Positions 32,539 through 42,982 are shown, counted from the first letter of the stretch. The stretch: DNA of 64,000 nucleotides from an uncultured Actinomycetota bacterium (GCA_963814355.1 CAWFCZ010000018.1:637224-701223), one strand, 5' to 3'. Made by a program: numbers and translations. Notes: generated by a model not told the origin, from the sequence alone.

Positions 32539-33499
32539 ATGGACACCGAGCACGTCATGACCCGAAGAGCCAGGAGGTCCCGCGACTCTGGCGATCCGGT
32601 CGCTGCCTTCCTCGATGCCGAGCAGCGGGTCCTCGACCTCTATCGGGTCACCGCGCATCGTCGGTACGTCGAGGTGCCGACGACCGGTGGTCAGGCGCAG
32701 GTGCTGGTGGTAGGTCAGGGGCCGCCGTTAGTGATGGTGATCGGCGGTGCTGTGCCGGCCGCGTTCTGGATCCCGCCGATGGCCCGGCTACCGGGCCGCT
32801 CGCTCTACGTGATCGAGCTGCCGGGGTTCGGGCTCACAGAATCCGGCCGTGTACCTCCCTGCGACGCTGCGGCGGACCGCTGCCGAGTATCTGGCCGGCG
32901 ACCTTGACGTCCTTGGCCTGGAAGCGACTCGCTTCGTGACCCAGTCGATGGGCTCCCTGTGCACTTCGTGGCTGGCGGCCGACCGGCCCGGGACGCTGAC
33001 GTCACAGGTGATGATTGGCTGCCCGGTGTTCTTCCTCGATACCTTGGCGGTGCTGCCGTTCCGGCTGGCCTCCGTTCCCGGCCTCGGGTCGATGCTGATG
33101 GGCCCGCAGAGGCCGTCGACAGCCAACCCCGAGCGGGCGATGCGGACGGTCGGAGAGGATCCGGTGGGGTTCGGCGAGCTCCGCGACGTTCTCCTCGCCG
33201 CGCAGCGGCCGCCGACGTGCACCCCGAGCCTGCTGGCCCTGATGTGTGCGGTGATGAACTGGACCCGACCGCGATCGCAGATCCTGAGCACGCCTGACCA
33301 GCTGCGGAGGATCGGCCATCCGGTGCCGCTGGTCTGGGGGCAACAGGACCGCTTCGGAAAGCCCGAGGCCGGTCGCCGGACCGCCGAGTTGATTTCGGGC
33401 TCCGACCTGCGCCTGGCGCCCGGCGGCCACACTCTCTGGTTCCACCCTGCTGACCAGGTCGCCGAACTAGCCCGCGAGCACCTGAAGGCTGGGTCATGA
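32539..33499 (+). pseudogene. Alpha/beta-hydrolase-fold protein with a frameshift near 32850
   Basis: N-terminal part 32503-32907 (VLVVGQGPPLVMVIGG). Nucleophile region TQSMGS and C-terminal part in the 32849-33499 ORF. Confidence 0.5.
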
Positions 33500-34099
33500 G
33501 CACCGACGGCCCGCTCGTGTTCGGCGCAGCCACGGTGGTCCTCTTCGTCGTCGTCATGACGCTCGAGGGCGTACGGAGGCCCGGGTACGTCGCGGCGTAC
33601 CACACGGGGAGCGAGCTTGAGCTCGGACCGGGCGGCTGGGTCCAGCGTGCGAACTTCCTCCCTGTGGGCTCGGGTTTCGCCGCCGTCGCGGTTGGAGTGC
33701 AGCGCACCCTCCAGACGACCGCCGGCGGTTCTGCTCGGCGTTGCGGCCCTGGGCCTGGTGATGGCCGCGATGTTCCCGCCGGACCCGGTTCGCGGATACC
33801 CGCCCGGCGGATCGAGCCGGACAGCCAGGCCCGAGACCCTGCACGCCAAGCTTCACGAGGTCAGTGGTCCGTTGATGACCCTGGCCCTGTTCGGGGCCTG
33901 CATCGCGGTCGCCCGACGGCTCGAAGGTCTGTGGGTGATCTACACGCTCGCGACCGCGCTCGTCGGCTCGGTCACCACCGTCTGGCTGATCGCCTCCTAT
34001 CGCCGTGACGCCGCCAATACCGGCCTGGTGCAACGGGCGCTGATCGCCACGTACTGGCTGTGGATCACGATGCTCAGCGTCCACCTCGTCATTGGCTGA
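33496..34099 (+). pseudogene. DUF998-like membrane protein with a frameshift near 33720
   Basis: Hydrophobic N-terminus (33496-34008 ORF) continues in the 33617-34099 frame (..TLALFGACIAVARRLEG..ATYWLWITMLSVHLVIG). ATGA overlap with the upstream gene. Confidence 0.4.
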
Positions 34100-34120
34100 C
34101 GACTCGAAGGAGAAGAGACC

Positions 34121-35224
34121 ATGACCAGCCAACACATCGAGACCCTCATCGTCGGCGCCGGACAGGCGGGTCTGGCCACCGGCTATCACCTGACCCGGCG
34201 TGGCCGGGAGGTGCTGATCGTCGACGGCTACCATCGGATTGGCGACAACTGGCGCTGCCATTACGACTCCTTGAAGCTCTACTCGCCGGCGAGGTTCGAC
34301 GGACTCCCGGGCATGGAGTTCCCCGGTGACCCGTGGCACTTCCCGGGCAAGGACGAGGTCGCCGACTTCCTCGAGGAGTACGCCGTGACCATGGAGCTGC
34401 CGGTGCGGCTACAGACCCAAGTGGACCGCGTGGTCCCCCGCGAATGCGGCGGGTTCACCGCCCATCTGGGGTCCGACCGGGTCGAGTGCGACAACCTGGT
34501 CGTGGCCACCGGCACCTTCGGCCGCACGCCTCGAGTGCCCGACCTCGCGGCGTCGCTCTCGCCGGAGATCCGGCAGCTCCACTCCGCGGAGTACAAGAAC
34601 CCGACCGAGCTCAAGCCCGGGACGACCCTAGTCGTCGGCGCCTCGCACTCCGGCTGCGACATCGCCTACGAGGTGGCCGCGGACCGGTCGACCCTACTGG
34701 TGGGACCCGACCGGGGCAACATCCCGTTGGAGTGGGACTCGGCCAGATTCAAGCTGGCCATGCCGGTTGCTGTCTTCGCCTGGAAGCACGTGCTCACCAG
34801 GCGTACGCCGATGGGTCGCAAGCAGATGCAGAAGGTGCGGCACCAGGGGGCGCCGAGCACCCGCGTGAAGCCGCACCACCTGGCCGAGCGGGGCGTGGAA
34901 CGCATCGAGCACAAGGTCACGGGCGTGTCCCCCTCCGGCAAGCCTGTGCTCAGCGATGGGCGGGTCCTCGACGTCGCCAACGTCGTCTGGGCGACCGGCT
35001 TCCGGCCGGACTTCCGCTGGGTCGAAGCGCCGATCACCGGCGACGACGGCTGGCCACGGGAGTACCGCGGCTTGGTCGAGGACGTGCCTGGACTGTTCTT
35101 CTGCGGGCTCTCGTTCCAGTTCTCGTTCAGCTCCATGGTCCTTCCCGGGGTCGGACAGGACGCGGCATACGTCGCCGGCAGGATCGACCAGCGTGCCGGG
35201 GCCCGAGCCCGAGTGACCGCCTGA
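34121..35224 (+). CDS. Flavin-containing monooxygenase (FMO / CzcO-like NAD(P)/FAD oxidoreductase), intact
   Basis: SD GAAGGAGAAGAG. LIVGAGQAGLATG FAD motif. VVGASHSGCDIA NADPH motif. ATGFRPD motif. Confidence 0.75.
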   Translation: MTSQHIETLIVGAGQAGLATGYHLTRRGREVLIVDGYHRIGDNWRCHYDSLKLYSPARFDGLPGMEFPGDPWHFPGKDEVADFLEEYAVTMELPVRLQTQVDRVVPRECGGFTAHLGSDRVECDNLVVATGTFGRTPRVPDLAASLSPEIRQLHSAEYKNPTELKPGTTLVVGASHSGCDIAYEVAADRSTLLVGPDRGNIPLEWDSARFKLAMPVAVFAWKHVLTRRTPMGRKQMQKVRHQGAPSTRVKPHHLAERGVERIEHKVTGVSPSGKPVLSDGRVLDVANVVWATGFRPDFRWVEAPITGDDGWPREYRGLVEDVPGLFFCGLSFQFSFSSMVLPGVGQDAAYVAGRIDQRAGARARVTA

Positions 35225-35305
35225 GGCCGCGTGCGAAGCCCGGTCGCAAGGCCGCACCTCGCCGACGGCGGACGTCATCGAGGCCCGCAGGAAGGACACC
35301 ATGTG

Positions 35306-36967
35306 GCTAGGCTCGAGGTGCACGAGGAGGTGGATGAGATGGAGGTTGTCCAGGATCTCCAACGGGCGCGGGAGGCATACGAGCGGCGCGACTGGGTGGC
35401 GGCGTATCGAGCCCTCTCCGACCTCGACGACACGGAGCTGAAGGCCGAGGACTTCCTGGCACTGCCACCACCGCCTACCTGCTCGGTCGGCGCAACGACT
35501 GTGTGCACGCGCTCTCCAGCGGGCGTATCAGGCGGCCGTGGGGTCCGGGGACCGGCAGGCGGGCGTTCGCGCGGCGTACCTGATGACCATCACCTTGTGG
35601 CAGGCGGGAGAGCTGGCCGTCGGCAATGGCTGGCAGGCCCGGGCCGGGCGGCTCCTGAGCGAGCTCGACAACGATGTGGCCGAGCGTGGCTACCTGCACG
35701 ACCTGGACATGATGGGGCACATCCTCTCCGGTGAGTTCGGTGAGGCGTTCCCACTGGCGCCACAGATCACCGACTGCGGTCGACACCACGACGAGCCGGA
35801 CCTGCTCGCGCTCGGACTGCACGCCGAGGGTCGGCTGATGCTCTATCGGGCTCAGTGGCCGATGGCCTGAAGCGGATGGACGAGGCGCTGGCTGGCGTCA
35901 TGGCTGGCGGGGTGACCGCGGTAACGGCCGGACGGGTCTATTGCTCCACGATCGAGGCCTGCCAGGAGGTCTCCGACTACGGCCGCGCCGGTGCGTGGAC
36001 CCACGCGCTGACCACGTGGTGCGAGAACCAGCCGGGGCTGGTCGCCTTCACCGGGCAATGTGCGACCCATCGGGGCCAACTGCTACGCCTGCACGGCGCG
36101 TACGCCGAGGGGGTCGAGGAACTCCAACGGGCGGTCGACCGATATCTGGCCGTCGGCGGCGACCCCGCCCTCGGACTCGCCCACTACGAGCTCGCCGAGA
36201 CCCACCGACTGCGCGGCGAGTACGACGACGCTGACGCTGGATACCGTCGTGCAGCCGAGCACGGTCATCCCTGCCAGCCGAGACGTGCGCTGCTCTGGTT
36301 GGCCAGCGGGCGACCTGATGCGGCGGCAGCGGCGGTACGTCGGCTGCTCGCCGAGCTCAAAGACCCCGTGCGCCGCTCGCAGATCCTGGCGGCGGCTGTG
36401 GAGGTGCAGTTGGCTACCGGCGACACCGATGGCGCCGCTCAGCTCTGCGAGGAGCTCCGGATGATCGGGGAGACGTTCGGCTGCACCGCCCTTCAGGCCG
36501 CGGGCGAGTACGCCCTCGCGACCGCCGAGCTGGCCCAGGGTGCACCCGAGCCGGCACTCCAGGCGGCACGCCGAGCGGTGGAGGGCTGGTCACAGCTCTC
36601 CGCTCCCTATGAGATAGCGCAGAGCCGGCGGGCAGTCGGCCAGGCGCTGCGCCTCCTCGGTGACGAGGAGTCAGCACTCGCCGACCTGACCGCCGCCAGG
36701 AAGACCTTCGCCGATCTCGGCGCCGGTCCAGCCGAACAGGAGACCGCCGCCCTGCTCGGGGAGGACAGCGCGCCCGGCGGGCTCAGCCCGCGTGAGCTCG
36801 AGGTGCTGCGGCTAGTTGCCGCCGGCAGGGCCAACTCGGAGATCGCCGCAGAGCTTGTGCTCTCGGAGAAGACCGTGTCGCGACACCTCTCCAACATCTT
36901 CTCCAAGCTCGATGTCGGTTCCCGGACCGCAGCGGCGGCATTCGCCTATGAGCACCGGTTGCTCTGA
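35306..36967 (+). pseudogene. LuxR-family regulator (TPR-like N-terminal region plus C-terminal LuxR HTH) with about 2 frameshifts
   Basis: Pieces at 35231-35734, 35538-35870 and 35855-36967. [46 protein letters not shown]. Confidence 0.55.
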
Positions 36968-37064
36968 ACCGGCGCAACAAACTCGGCTCGCTGGACGGGC
37001 ACAGCTCGTCGGTCAAATCAGGTGCAATCTCCAGCGAATGTGTCGTCGGGGTTAGGCTCCCGGT

Positions 37065-38222
37065 GTGGGCTCGGCGCGTGACGACAGCCACACAGCCCAG
37101 CAGGTTCGATTCTGCCGCGGCCGCGATGGCGTGCGCCTAGCCTATGCGTCTCATGGCAGTGGTCCTCCTCTGCTGATCAACTCCTGCTGGCTCAGCCATC
37201 TCGAGTACGACTGGCAGAGTCCGGTCTGGCGTCACTACTTGTCCGACCTCGGTTCCTTTGCGTCGGTGCTGCGCTACGACGAGCGCGGGTTCGGCTTGTC
37301 GGACTGGGACATCGATGACTTCTCCCTCGACGCCCGGCTGGCCGACCTGGAGTGCGTGGTGGACGCGGCCGGGCTTGACCGTTTCGCCCTGATGGGGATG
37401 TCCGGTGGCGCTCCCGTGGCTGTGTCCTACGCTGCGGCACACCCTGAACGGGTCACTCGCCTCGTGTTGCATGGCTCGGCCGTCGTGGGTTGCTTCGGCG
37501 AGACGGGCGACGAGGAGGCCGAAGAGGCCTTCCTGGCAATGATCCGAGCCGGCTGGGCACGCCCCGACAGCCTTTTCCGGCGCATGTTCACCAACATCTT
37601 CATCCCGAATGCCACCGAGGAACAGATGGTGTGGATGGATGAGCTGCAGCGGGTGTCGACCTCGACCGAGAACGCTGCCGCCGGACGCGCGGCCCGGCGC
37701 GCGATCGATGTGACGGCCGAACTACCCCGGATCACGGCGGAGACGCTCATCCTTCACGCTCGCGGAGACCGCGCGTCTCCGTTCCGTTGGGGTCGAGAGC
37801 TCGCGGCCAGGATCGCGCATTCCCGTCTGGTGGCGCTCGAGTCCGACAATCACATCCTGCTGGAGGGCGAACCGGCGTGGGAGGTCTTCCGCGACCAGGT
37901 GCGTGACTTCCTCCGTCGGGACGGACCAACCGCCCAGCCCACATCAACTCTCTCGCCACGGGAGCGCGACATCCTCATCGAGGCAGCCTCCGGGTACGGC
38001 AACGCCGAGATCGCTGCACGCCTCCACCTGAGCGGTCGCACGGTCGAGCGCCACCTTCAGAACGCCTACCTGAAGCTGGGCGTGTCCGGGAAGACCGCAC
38101 GCGCAGCGGCTGTCGCGGCACTCCTGGGCGACACCGCGACGAGAGGCAGGCTACGCGTTGACCGCCAGAGCGCCGACAACAGAGTCGTCAACTTGCGCGT
38201 TGCTGCCGATGCCGACACGTGA
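37065..38222 (+). CDS. Alpha/beta-hydrolase-fold domain fused to a C-terminal LuxR-type HTH (one-component regulator), intact
   Basis: Hydrolase core with GMSGG nucleophile elbow. C-terminal LSPRERDILIEAASGYGNAEIAARLHLSGRTVERHLQNAYLKL. Confidence 0.7.
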   Translation: MGSARDDSHTAQQVRFCRGRDGVRLAYASHGSGPPLLINSCWLSHLEYDWQSPVWRHYLSDLGSFASVLRYDERGFGLSDWDIDDFSLDARLADLECVVDAAGLDRFALMGMSGGAPVAVSYAAAHPERVTRLVLHGSAVVGCFGETGDEEAEEAFLAMIRAGWARPDSLFRRMFTNIFIPNATEEQMVWMDELQRVSTSTENAAAGRAARRAIDVTAELPRITAETLILHARGDRASPFRWGRELAARIAHSRLVALESDNHILLEGEPAWEVFRDQVRDFLRRDGPTAQPTSTLSPRERDILIEAASGYGNAEIAARLHLSGRTVERHLQNAYLKLGVSGKTARAAAVAALLGDTATRGRLRVDRQSADNRVVNLRVAADADT

Positions 38223-38271
38223 GTCGCGCTTCTACCATCGACGACCAAAGTCACTCGCACCAGGAGGACAC

Positions 38272-38751
38272 ATGGTCGCCACCCTCGCCGCAACCGAGAA
38301 GTTCACCAACGACCCCGCGTCGGCCCAGACACGTCCCGTTGTCTCGGCAGTCCTCGCCAACGGACACGCCCGCATCTCAGGGGGACCGTTCAACTGGGAT
38401 TCCGACCTGCCATCGGTCATCGGAGGCACCAACCATGCCCCCAGTCCAACCGCGTACCTACTCGGCGCGCTAGCCGGATGCGCGGTCACGTTCATCCACG
38501 ACACCCTCGCGCCGGAGTTCGAGGTCGTGATCGACGACGTGCGCGCCGAGTCCACCTGTAGCGCGGATCTCGCGGGCCTCGTGGCCCTGGGCGGCCACGA
38601 TCCCGCACTGACCGATCTGAGCCTGGCGATCCAGATCAGCTCGCCGAGTGATCCCGAACGCATCGCCGCGATGCGTCGTGCGTGGGAGGAGCGCTGCCCG
38701 ATCTATCTCGCGCTGCTGAGCCCCAACGCCGTAAGTCTCTCCTTCCGCTGA
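38272..38751 (+). CDS. OsmC/Ohr-family peroxiredoxin
   Basis: SD CAGGAGGACAC-ATG. ..AYLLGALAGCAVTFI.. and ..CPIYLAL.. OsmC cysteine motifs. Confidence 0.7.
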   Translation: MVATLAATEKFTNDPASAQTRPVVSAVLANGHARISGGPFNWDSDLPSVIGGTNHAPSPTAYLLGALAGCAVTFIHDTLAPEFEVVIDDVRAESTCSADLAGLVALGGHDPALTDLSLAIQISSPSDPERIAAMRRAWEERCPIYLALLSPNAVSLSFR

Positions 38752-39006
38752 CCGGCTCACGGATCACTGAGCAGCGCCGGAGCCGCCGGCGTTCGAGCTC
38801 TGCTCCTCCTCGGAAGCGGCGGGTTCGTCAGATTTTCTGTGTAAGGGGCATCGGCTAGTTGTGTTTAGCCCGGATGCACCGCGCAGCTGGGTGAGCGCGT
38901 GTAGTTGATCTTCGTTCGGTGGTTGGTTGTTGGGGGCGTGGCGAAGTTGCCGGTCTGCTCGGCTTTCCACTTGAGTCTCCGGTCGGGCCTGTCGGCGGTG
39001 GACGGG

Positions 39007-39662
39007 TCAGGCTCTGATGGGTGGTCCGGTCGCGGCGGTGAAGAGCCGTTGCCAGGGTTCGGCCCAGGGCCAGGCGGCGGGCAGCCGCAGGGTTGATCGG
39101 CGGGCTGATCGGGTGAGTCGGGCTGCGACGCTGATCAGCTGCCGGCGGATGGTCGCTGTCGTCGCCTTCGTATGAATGGTCGAGGCCAGCGTTCCGACTG
39201 CGCGGGTGAGGTTGAAGGCCATCGCGGCCAGGACGAGCCAGGCCGAGTTGGCGGCGAAGTGCCCCGACGGCAGGTGCGCGAGCGGCCCGTTCTTCAGATC
39301 GGCGATGACCTGCTCGATGATTGCGTGACGGCGGTGATCACGTTCGGCCTGGAGCATCGGCAGCGGGAGTCGGTGAACACCGCGTGGTGGCGCCAGACCC
39401 GGAACAGCTCACCTTGGGCGTTCACCTGGACGTGGTCGGGGTTCTGGTCACGGACTCGCCGCACGATCAGCCGTCCCGTGACCAGCCGGGATTTTGGTTT
39501 GGAGGTGAACGCGGTGAACGGCACCTCGGCGACCTCGGCATGGCGCGTCGATGACCCAGAAGCCCCCCTGGCACCAGGCCAGATTCGAGGTCCCGAGACC
39601 TTGAAGTGGATCCTCGAACTGCACGTTGAGCCCCGCACATACCGACCGACGACTAAGTCCAC
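39007..39662 (-). mobile_element. 5'-truncated IS1380-family transposase fragment (C-terminal about 220 aa, itself frameshifted). A different family member from the 9-10.7 kb copy.
   Basis: ..LIVRRVRDQNPDHVQVNAQGELFRVWRHHAVFTDS.. (39294-39662 ORF) and ..IEQVIADLKNGPLAHLPSGHFAANSAWLVLAAMAFNLTRA..TLRLPAAWPWA.. (39007-39357 ORF). Confidence 0.6.
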
Positions 39663-39840
39663 GCCAACCGCGAGCGCCCAACCTCAGCCCCCGTCGATCA
39701 TGGCGGGGGCTTCTTCATGTGCCTGGCTCCAATCCTCCACTCAGGCCCGTTCAACCCCTCCTCCAGACGTAGATCCCTCCACGGCCCACGCTCAGTGCAC
39801 CATGATCACTAGTAAATCGCTAGAAAATCCGGAAAGCAGA

Positions 39841-39868
39841 AGGGCCATGATCCGGAAATCATGGCCCT
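39841..39868 (-). terminator. Rho-independent-terminator-like hairpin just 3' of the tRNA (AGGGCCATGAT-ccggaa-ATCATGGCCCT, followed by a T-rich run on the minus strand)
   Basis: Perfect 11-bp inverted repeat. The minus-strand sequence after the stem is tttccggattttctagcgattt. Confidence 0.5.
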
Positions 39869-39882
39869 GACCTACACTTATG

Positions 39883-39959
39883 TGGTAGCGGGGGCAGGAT
39901 TTGAACCTGCGACCTCTGGGTTATGAGCCCAGCGAGCTACCGAGCTGCTCCACCCCGCG
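39883..39959 (-). tRNA. tRNA-Met (anticodon CAT), initiator-like. It has a 1:72 mismatch and three G-C pairs at the base of the anticodon stem. CCA is encoded.
   Basis: Reverse complement CGCGGGGTGGAGCAGCTCGGTAGCTCGCTGGGCTCATAACCCAGAGGTCGCAGGTTCAAATCCTGCCCCCGCTACCA folds as a cloverleaf. GGG/CCC pairs flank the CAU loop. Confidence 0.85.
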
Positions 39960-40006
39960 TCGACTCCCCCATCATAGGTCCGCGGGAACGCCCCGGCAAA
40001 CCGGAG

Positions 40007-42982
40007 TCAGCCCGGGGACGTCGTTCCGCTCGGCGTCGTGCCCGGCGACGTTGGGGGCGACGCCGCCGGCGAGGTGCCGGACGCAGCCGGGGAGGGCGCC
40101 GCGGGCGACGGGGTTGCCGTTGCTTTGGTCAGCGCCGAAAGCCGCTGCAGCGCCGCCTGCAGCCGGGTTTGGGCTGCGCCGTACGCGGTGAAGTCACCCG
40201 CTTTGAGGGCCGCCTGGCCGTCGGCGTACGCCTTGTTCGCCGTCGCGATCGCCGTCTTGACCGCCGCGTTGAGGTTGCCGGTCACCGGGCCCCCTCCGCC
40301 ACCGGTCGGCGGTGGCGTCACGGTAGTGGTCTTGAACACCTCGTCGAGCGCAGCAGCCAGCGTCGGCTTGTAGGAGATCACTCCGTTGAACTCGACCAGG
40401 ACCCGCTTCATGGTCGGGTAGGAGGTCGCTCCGGTGGACTTCACATAGACCGGCTCGATGTAGATCAAGCCTCCGCCGAGCGGCAGGGTCAGCAGGTTGC
40501 CGAGGTCCACGTCGGAACCGCCACGCCGCAGCAGGCTCAGCTCGGTCGCCGCCGGGGTGAAGGACTCGAAGTTGTTCGCCACCTGCCCGGGACCGTCGGC
40601 CTGGGTGTTGCTCGGCAGCTGCAGGACGATCATCTTCCCGTACGTCGGCGCCGCCGGGTCGCTGTCGACGGCGATGAAGGCCGCCATGTTCGGCCGGGCA
40701 TTGGCCACCAGGGCGGAGGTCAGGCGGAAGGACGCCCCCGACTCACCGGGCAGCCCCAAGGTCAGGTAGTACGGCGGCTGGTCCGCGCTGCCGGCCTGCT
40801 TGGTGGGATCCGGTGGCACCTTCCAATAGTCGCTGCCGGTGTAGAACGAAGCCGGGTCGCTGACGTGGAACTTGGTGAGCAGGTCGCGCTGCACCTTGAA
40901 GAGGTCTTCGGGGTACCGGAAATGGGCCCGCAACTCGGGCAAGATCGCCGAGGTGTCCTTGATGATCCCCGGGAAGGCCTTTGCCCAGGTTTCCAGGACC
41001 GGGTCCCTGGGGCCCCAGCGGTAGAGGCTTACCGTGCCGTCGTAGGCGTCGACGACGGCCTTGACCGAGTTGCGGATGTAGTTGACTTCGCTTCGCCCCT
41101 GGGCCGCCACCGAGGTCGAGGTACGGGTCAGGGCATCTGCCGTGATGTCCCCGAGCACCCGACGTTCGGAGTAGGGATAGCCGTCACTCGTGGTGTAACC
41201 GTCCAGGATCCAGACAATCTTTCCACCGACGACTGCCGGGTAAGGGTCGCCGTCGACGGTGAGCCAGGGCGCGACCTTCTGCACCCGGGCCCGCGGTTCA
41301 CGGATGTAGAGAATCTTGGAATCGGAGTTGACCCCGCTGGACAGGACGAGGTTCTTCTCCCGGAACCGGTAGGCGTACAGCAACTGCCGCAGCTTCGATC
41401 CCATGTCTACCCCGCCCTTGCCCTCATACGTGCTTTTCCGCTGCCCGCTGGCGTCGCTGGTGGGGTAATCCAGCTCGCGCGGGGTTGTCTTGCCGGGTGC
41501 TCCGACCACCGAGTACGTGGGTGAGTTCTCCCCGAAGTACACCCCAGGCTGGGTAACGTTCAGCTTGCCCTTGACCGGGATATCGCTCTCGTTGAACTGC
41601 GGCTTACCGTCGGTGTCGACCGTGTCACTCGGCGCAGCCACGATGCCGTACCCGTGGGTGTACACCAGATGCGAGTTGATCCAGTTCTGCTGGTTGGGCG
41701 TCAACCCGTCGACGTTGATGTCCCGGACGGCGACGACCTCCTCCTGGTTGGTGCGGCCCAGGTTGTACCGGTCGATGTCCAGCACATCGGGGAACTTGTA
41801 ATAGTTCTTGAAGCCCTGCAGCTGCTGGTAGGTCTGCTGCACGATGTTCGGGTCGAGCAGCCGGACGTTGGTCAGCGTGGGCTTGTTGGCCCGCAAAGCC
41901 TGCAGATCCTCGGACAGCGTCCCGCCGTAGTCTTTGAACACCACGTCGGAACCCGGCCGAATGCCGTAGGCGGCCCGGGTCGCGGCGATGTGACGCTGGA
42001 TGTAGACCCGCTCCTTGTCCACCTCACTCGGCTTGACCTGGAACTGCTGGATGACCGCCGGATATAGCCCGCCGATGAGCAGCGCGCACAGCGCCAGGAG
42101 CCCGAGCCCGATGGACGGCAGCGCCCAGCCCTTGGAAAAGACGTTGGCGAAGAACAGCCCGGCACAGATCAGCGCCACGAACATCAGGATCGTCTTTGCC
42201 GGCAGGACGGCGTTGATGTCGGTGTAGGAGGCACCGGTATTGACGAAGCCCCGGCGGGAGAACGACAGCCCGTAGCGGTCCAGCCAGTACGCCGCCGCCT
42301 TGAGCAGGACGAAGACGCCCAGCAGCACCGATAGGTGCGCCCGGGCCGCCGGGGTCAGCTTGTCGCCCGGGGATTGCAGCCGCAGCCCGCCGTAGAGGTA
42401 GTGGGTGGCGGCCGCGGCGAGCAGGCAGAGCACCACCACGAAGAACGCGAAGCCCAGCACGAACCGCTGAAACGGGTAGGTGAAGGTGAAGTAGGAGATG
42501 TCCTTGTGAAATTGCGGATCGGTCTGCCCGAAGGGGACGGCGTTACGCCACAGCAGCCAGGTGCTCCACCGCGAGGCGGCCGAGGAACCGGCCATCAGCC
42601 CAAGGAGGCCGAGCAGAGCCAGCAACACCCACCGGCGGTATGGGTCCAGTCCGACCCGGTAGCGCTCGAGTCCCTGCTGCTCCGGTGAGAGCGGGCGGAA
42701 CGGGGGCCGGAGCCGGTGGGCCACGACGATGTTCGCCCCGACCAGCAGCGCGGTGATCAGGCCGAAGACGGCGAAGAGCAGCAGACGGGTACGCCACTCG
42801 GTGGTGAAGACCTTGGAGAAGTTCACTGATCGGAACCACAACAGGTCGGTGTAGAAGGAGGTGAAGATGCTGCCCAGGACGAGGACCACGATGCCGGCCA
42901 CGACGATCGGGACCAGCAACTTGGGCCCGCGTCCGAGCCGAGGTCTCGGCAGGCGCTGGCCGGATGGCATACGAAAGGACAT
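40007..42982 (-). CDS. UPF0182-family large polytopic membrane protein (conserved actinobacterial, Rv3193c-like)
   Basis: About 990 aa. N-terminal multi-TM region, large extracytoplasmic domain, Pro/Ser/Thr-rich tail. Confidence 0.75.
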   Translation of the reverse strand: MSFRMPSGQRLPRPRLGRGPKLLVPIVVAGIVVLVLGSIFTSFYTDLLWFRSVNFSKVFTTEWRTRLLLFAVFGLITALLVGANIVVAHRLRPPFRPLSPEQQGLERYRVGLDPYRRWVLLALLGLLGLMAGSSAASRWSTWLLWRNAVPFGQTDPQFHKDISYFTFTYPFQRFVLGFAFFVVVLCLLAAAATHYLYGGLRLQSPGDKLTPAARAHLSVLLGVFVLLKAAAYWLDRYGLSFSRRGFVNTGASYTDINAVLPAKTILMFVALICAGLFFANVFSKGWALPSIGLGLLALCALLIGGLYPAVIQQFQVKPSEVDKERVYIQRHIAATRAAYGIRPGSDVVFKDYGGTLSEDLQALRANKPTLTNVRLLDPNIVQQTYQQLQGFKNYYKFPDVLDIDRYNLGRTNQEEVVAVRDINVDGLTPNQQNWINSHLVYTHGYGIVAAPSDTVDTDGKPQFNESDIPVKGKLNVTQPGVYFGENSPTYSVVGAPGKTTPRELDYPTSDASGQRKSTYEGKGGVDMGSKLRQLLYAYRFREKNLVLSSGVNSDSKILYIREPRARVQKVAPWLTVDGDPYPAVVGGKIVWILDGYTTSDGYPYSERRVLGDITADALTRTSTSVAAQGRSEVNYIRNSVKAVVDAYDGTVSLYRWGPRDPVLETWAKAFPGIIKDTSAILPELRAHFRYPEDLFKVQRDLLTKFHVSDPASFYTGSDYWKVPPDPTKQAGSADQPPYYLTLGLPGESGASFRLTSALVANARPNMAAFIAVDSDPAAPTYGKMIVLQLPSNTQADGPGQVANNFESFTPAATELSLLRRGGSDVDLGNLLTLPLGGGLIYIEPVYVKSTGATSYPTMKRVLVEFNGVISYKPTLAAALDEVFKTTTVTPPPTGGGGGPVTGNLNAAVKTAIATANKAYADGQAALKAGDFTAYGAAQTRLQAALQRLSALTKATATPSPAAPSPAASGTSPAASPPTSPGTTPSGTTSPG

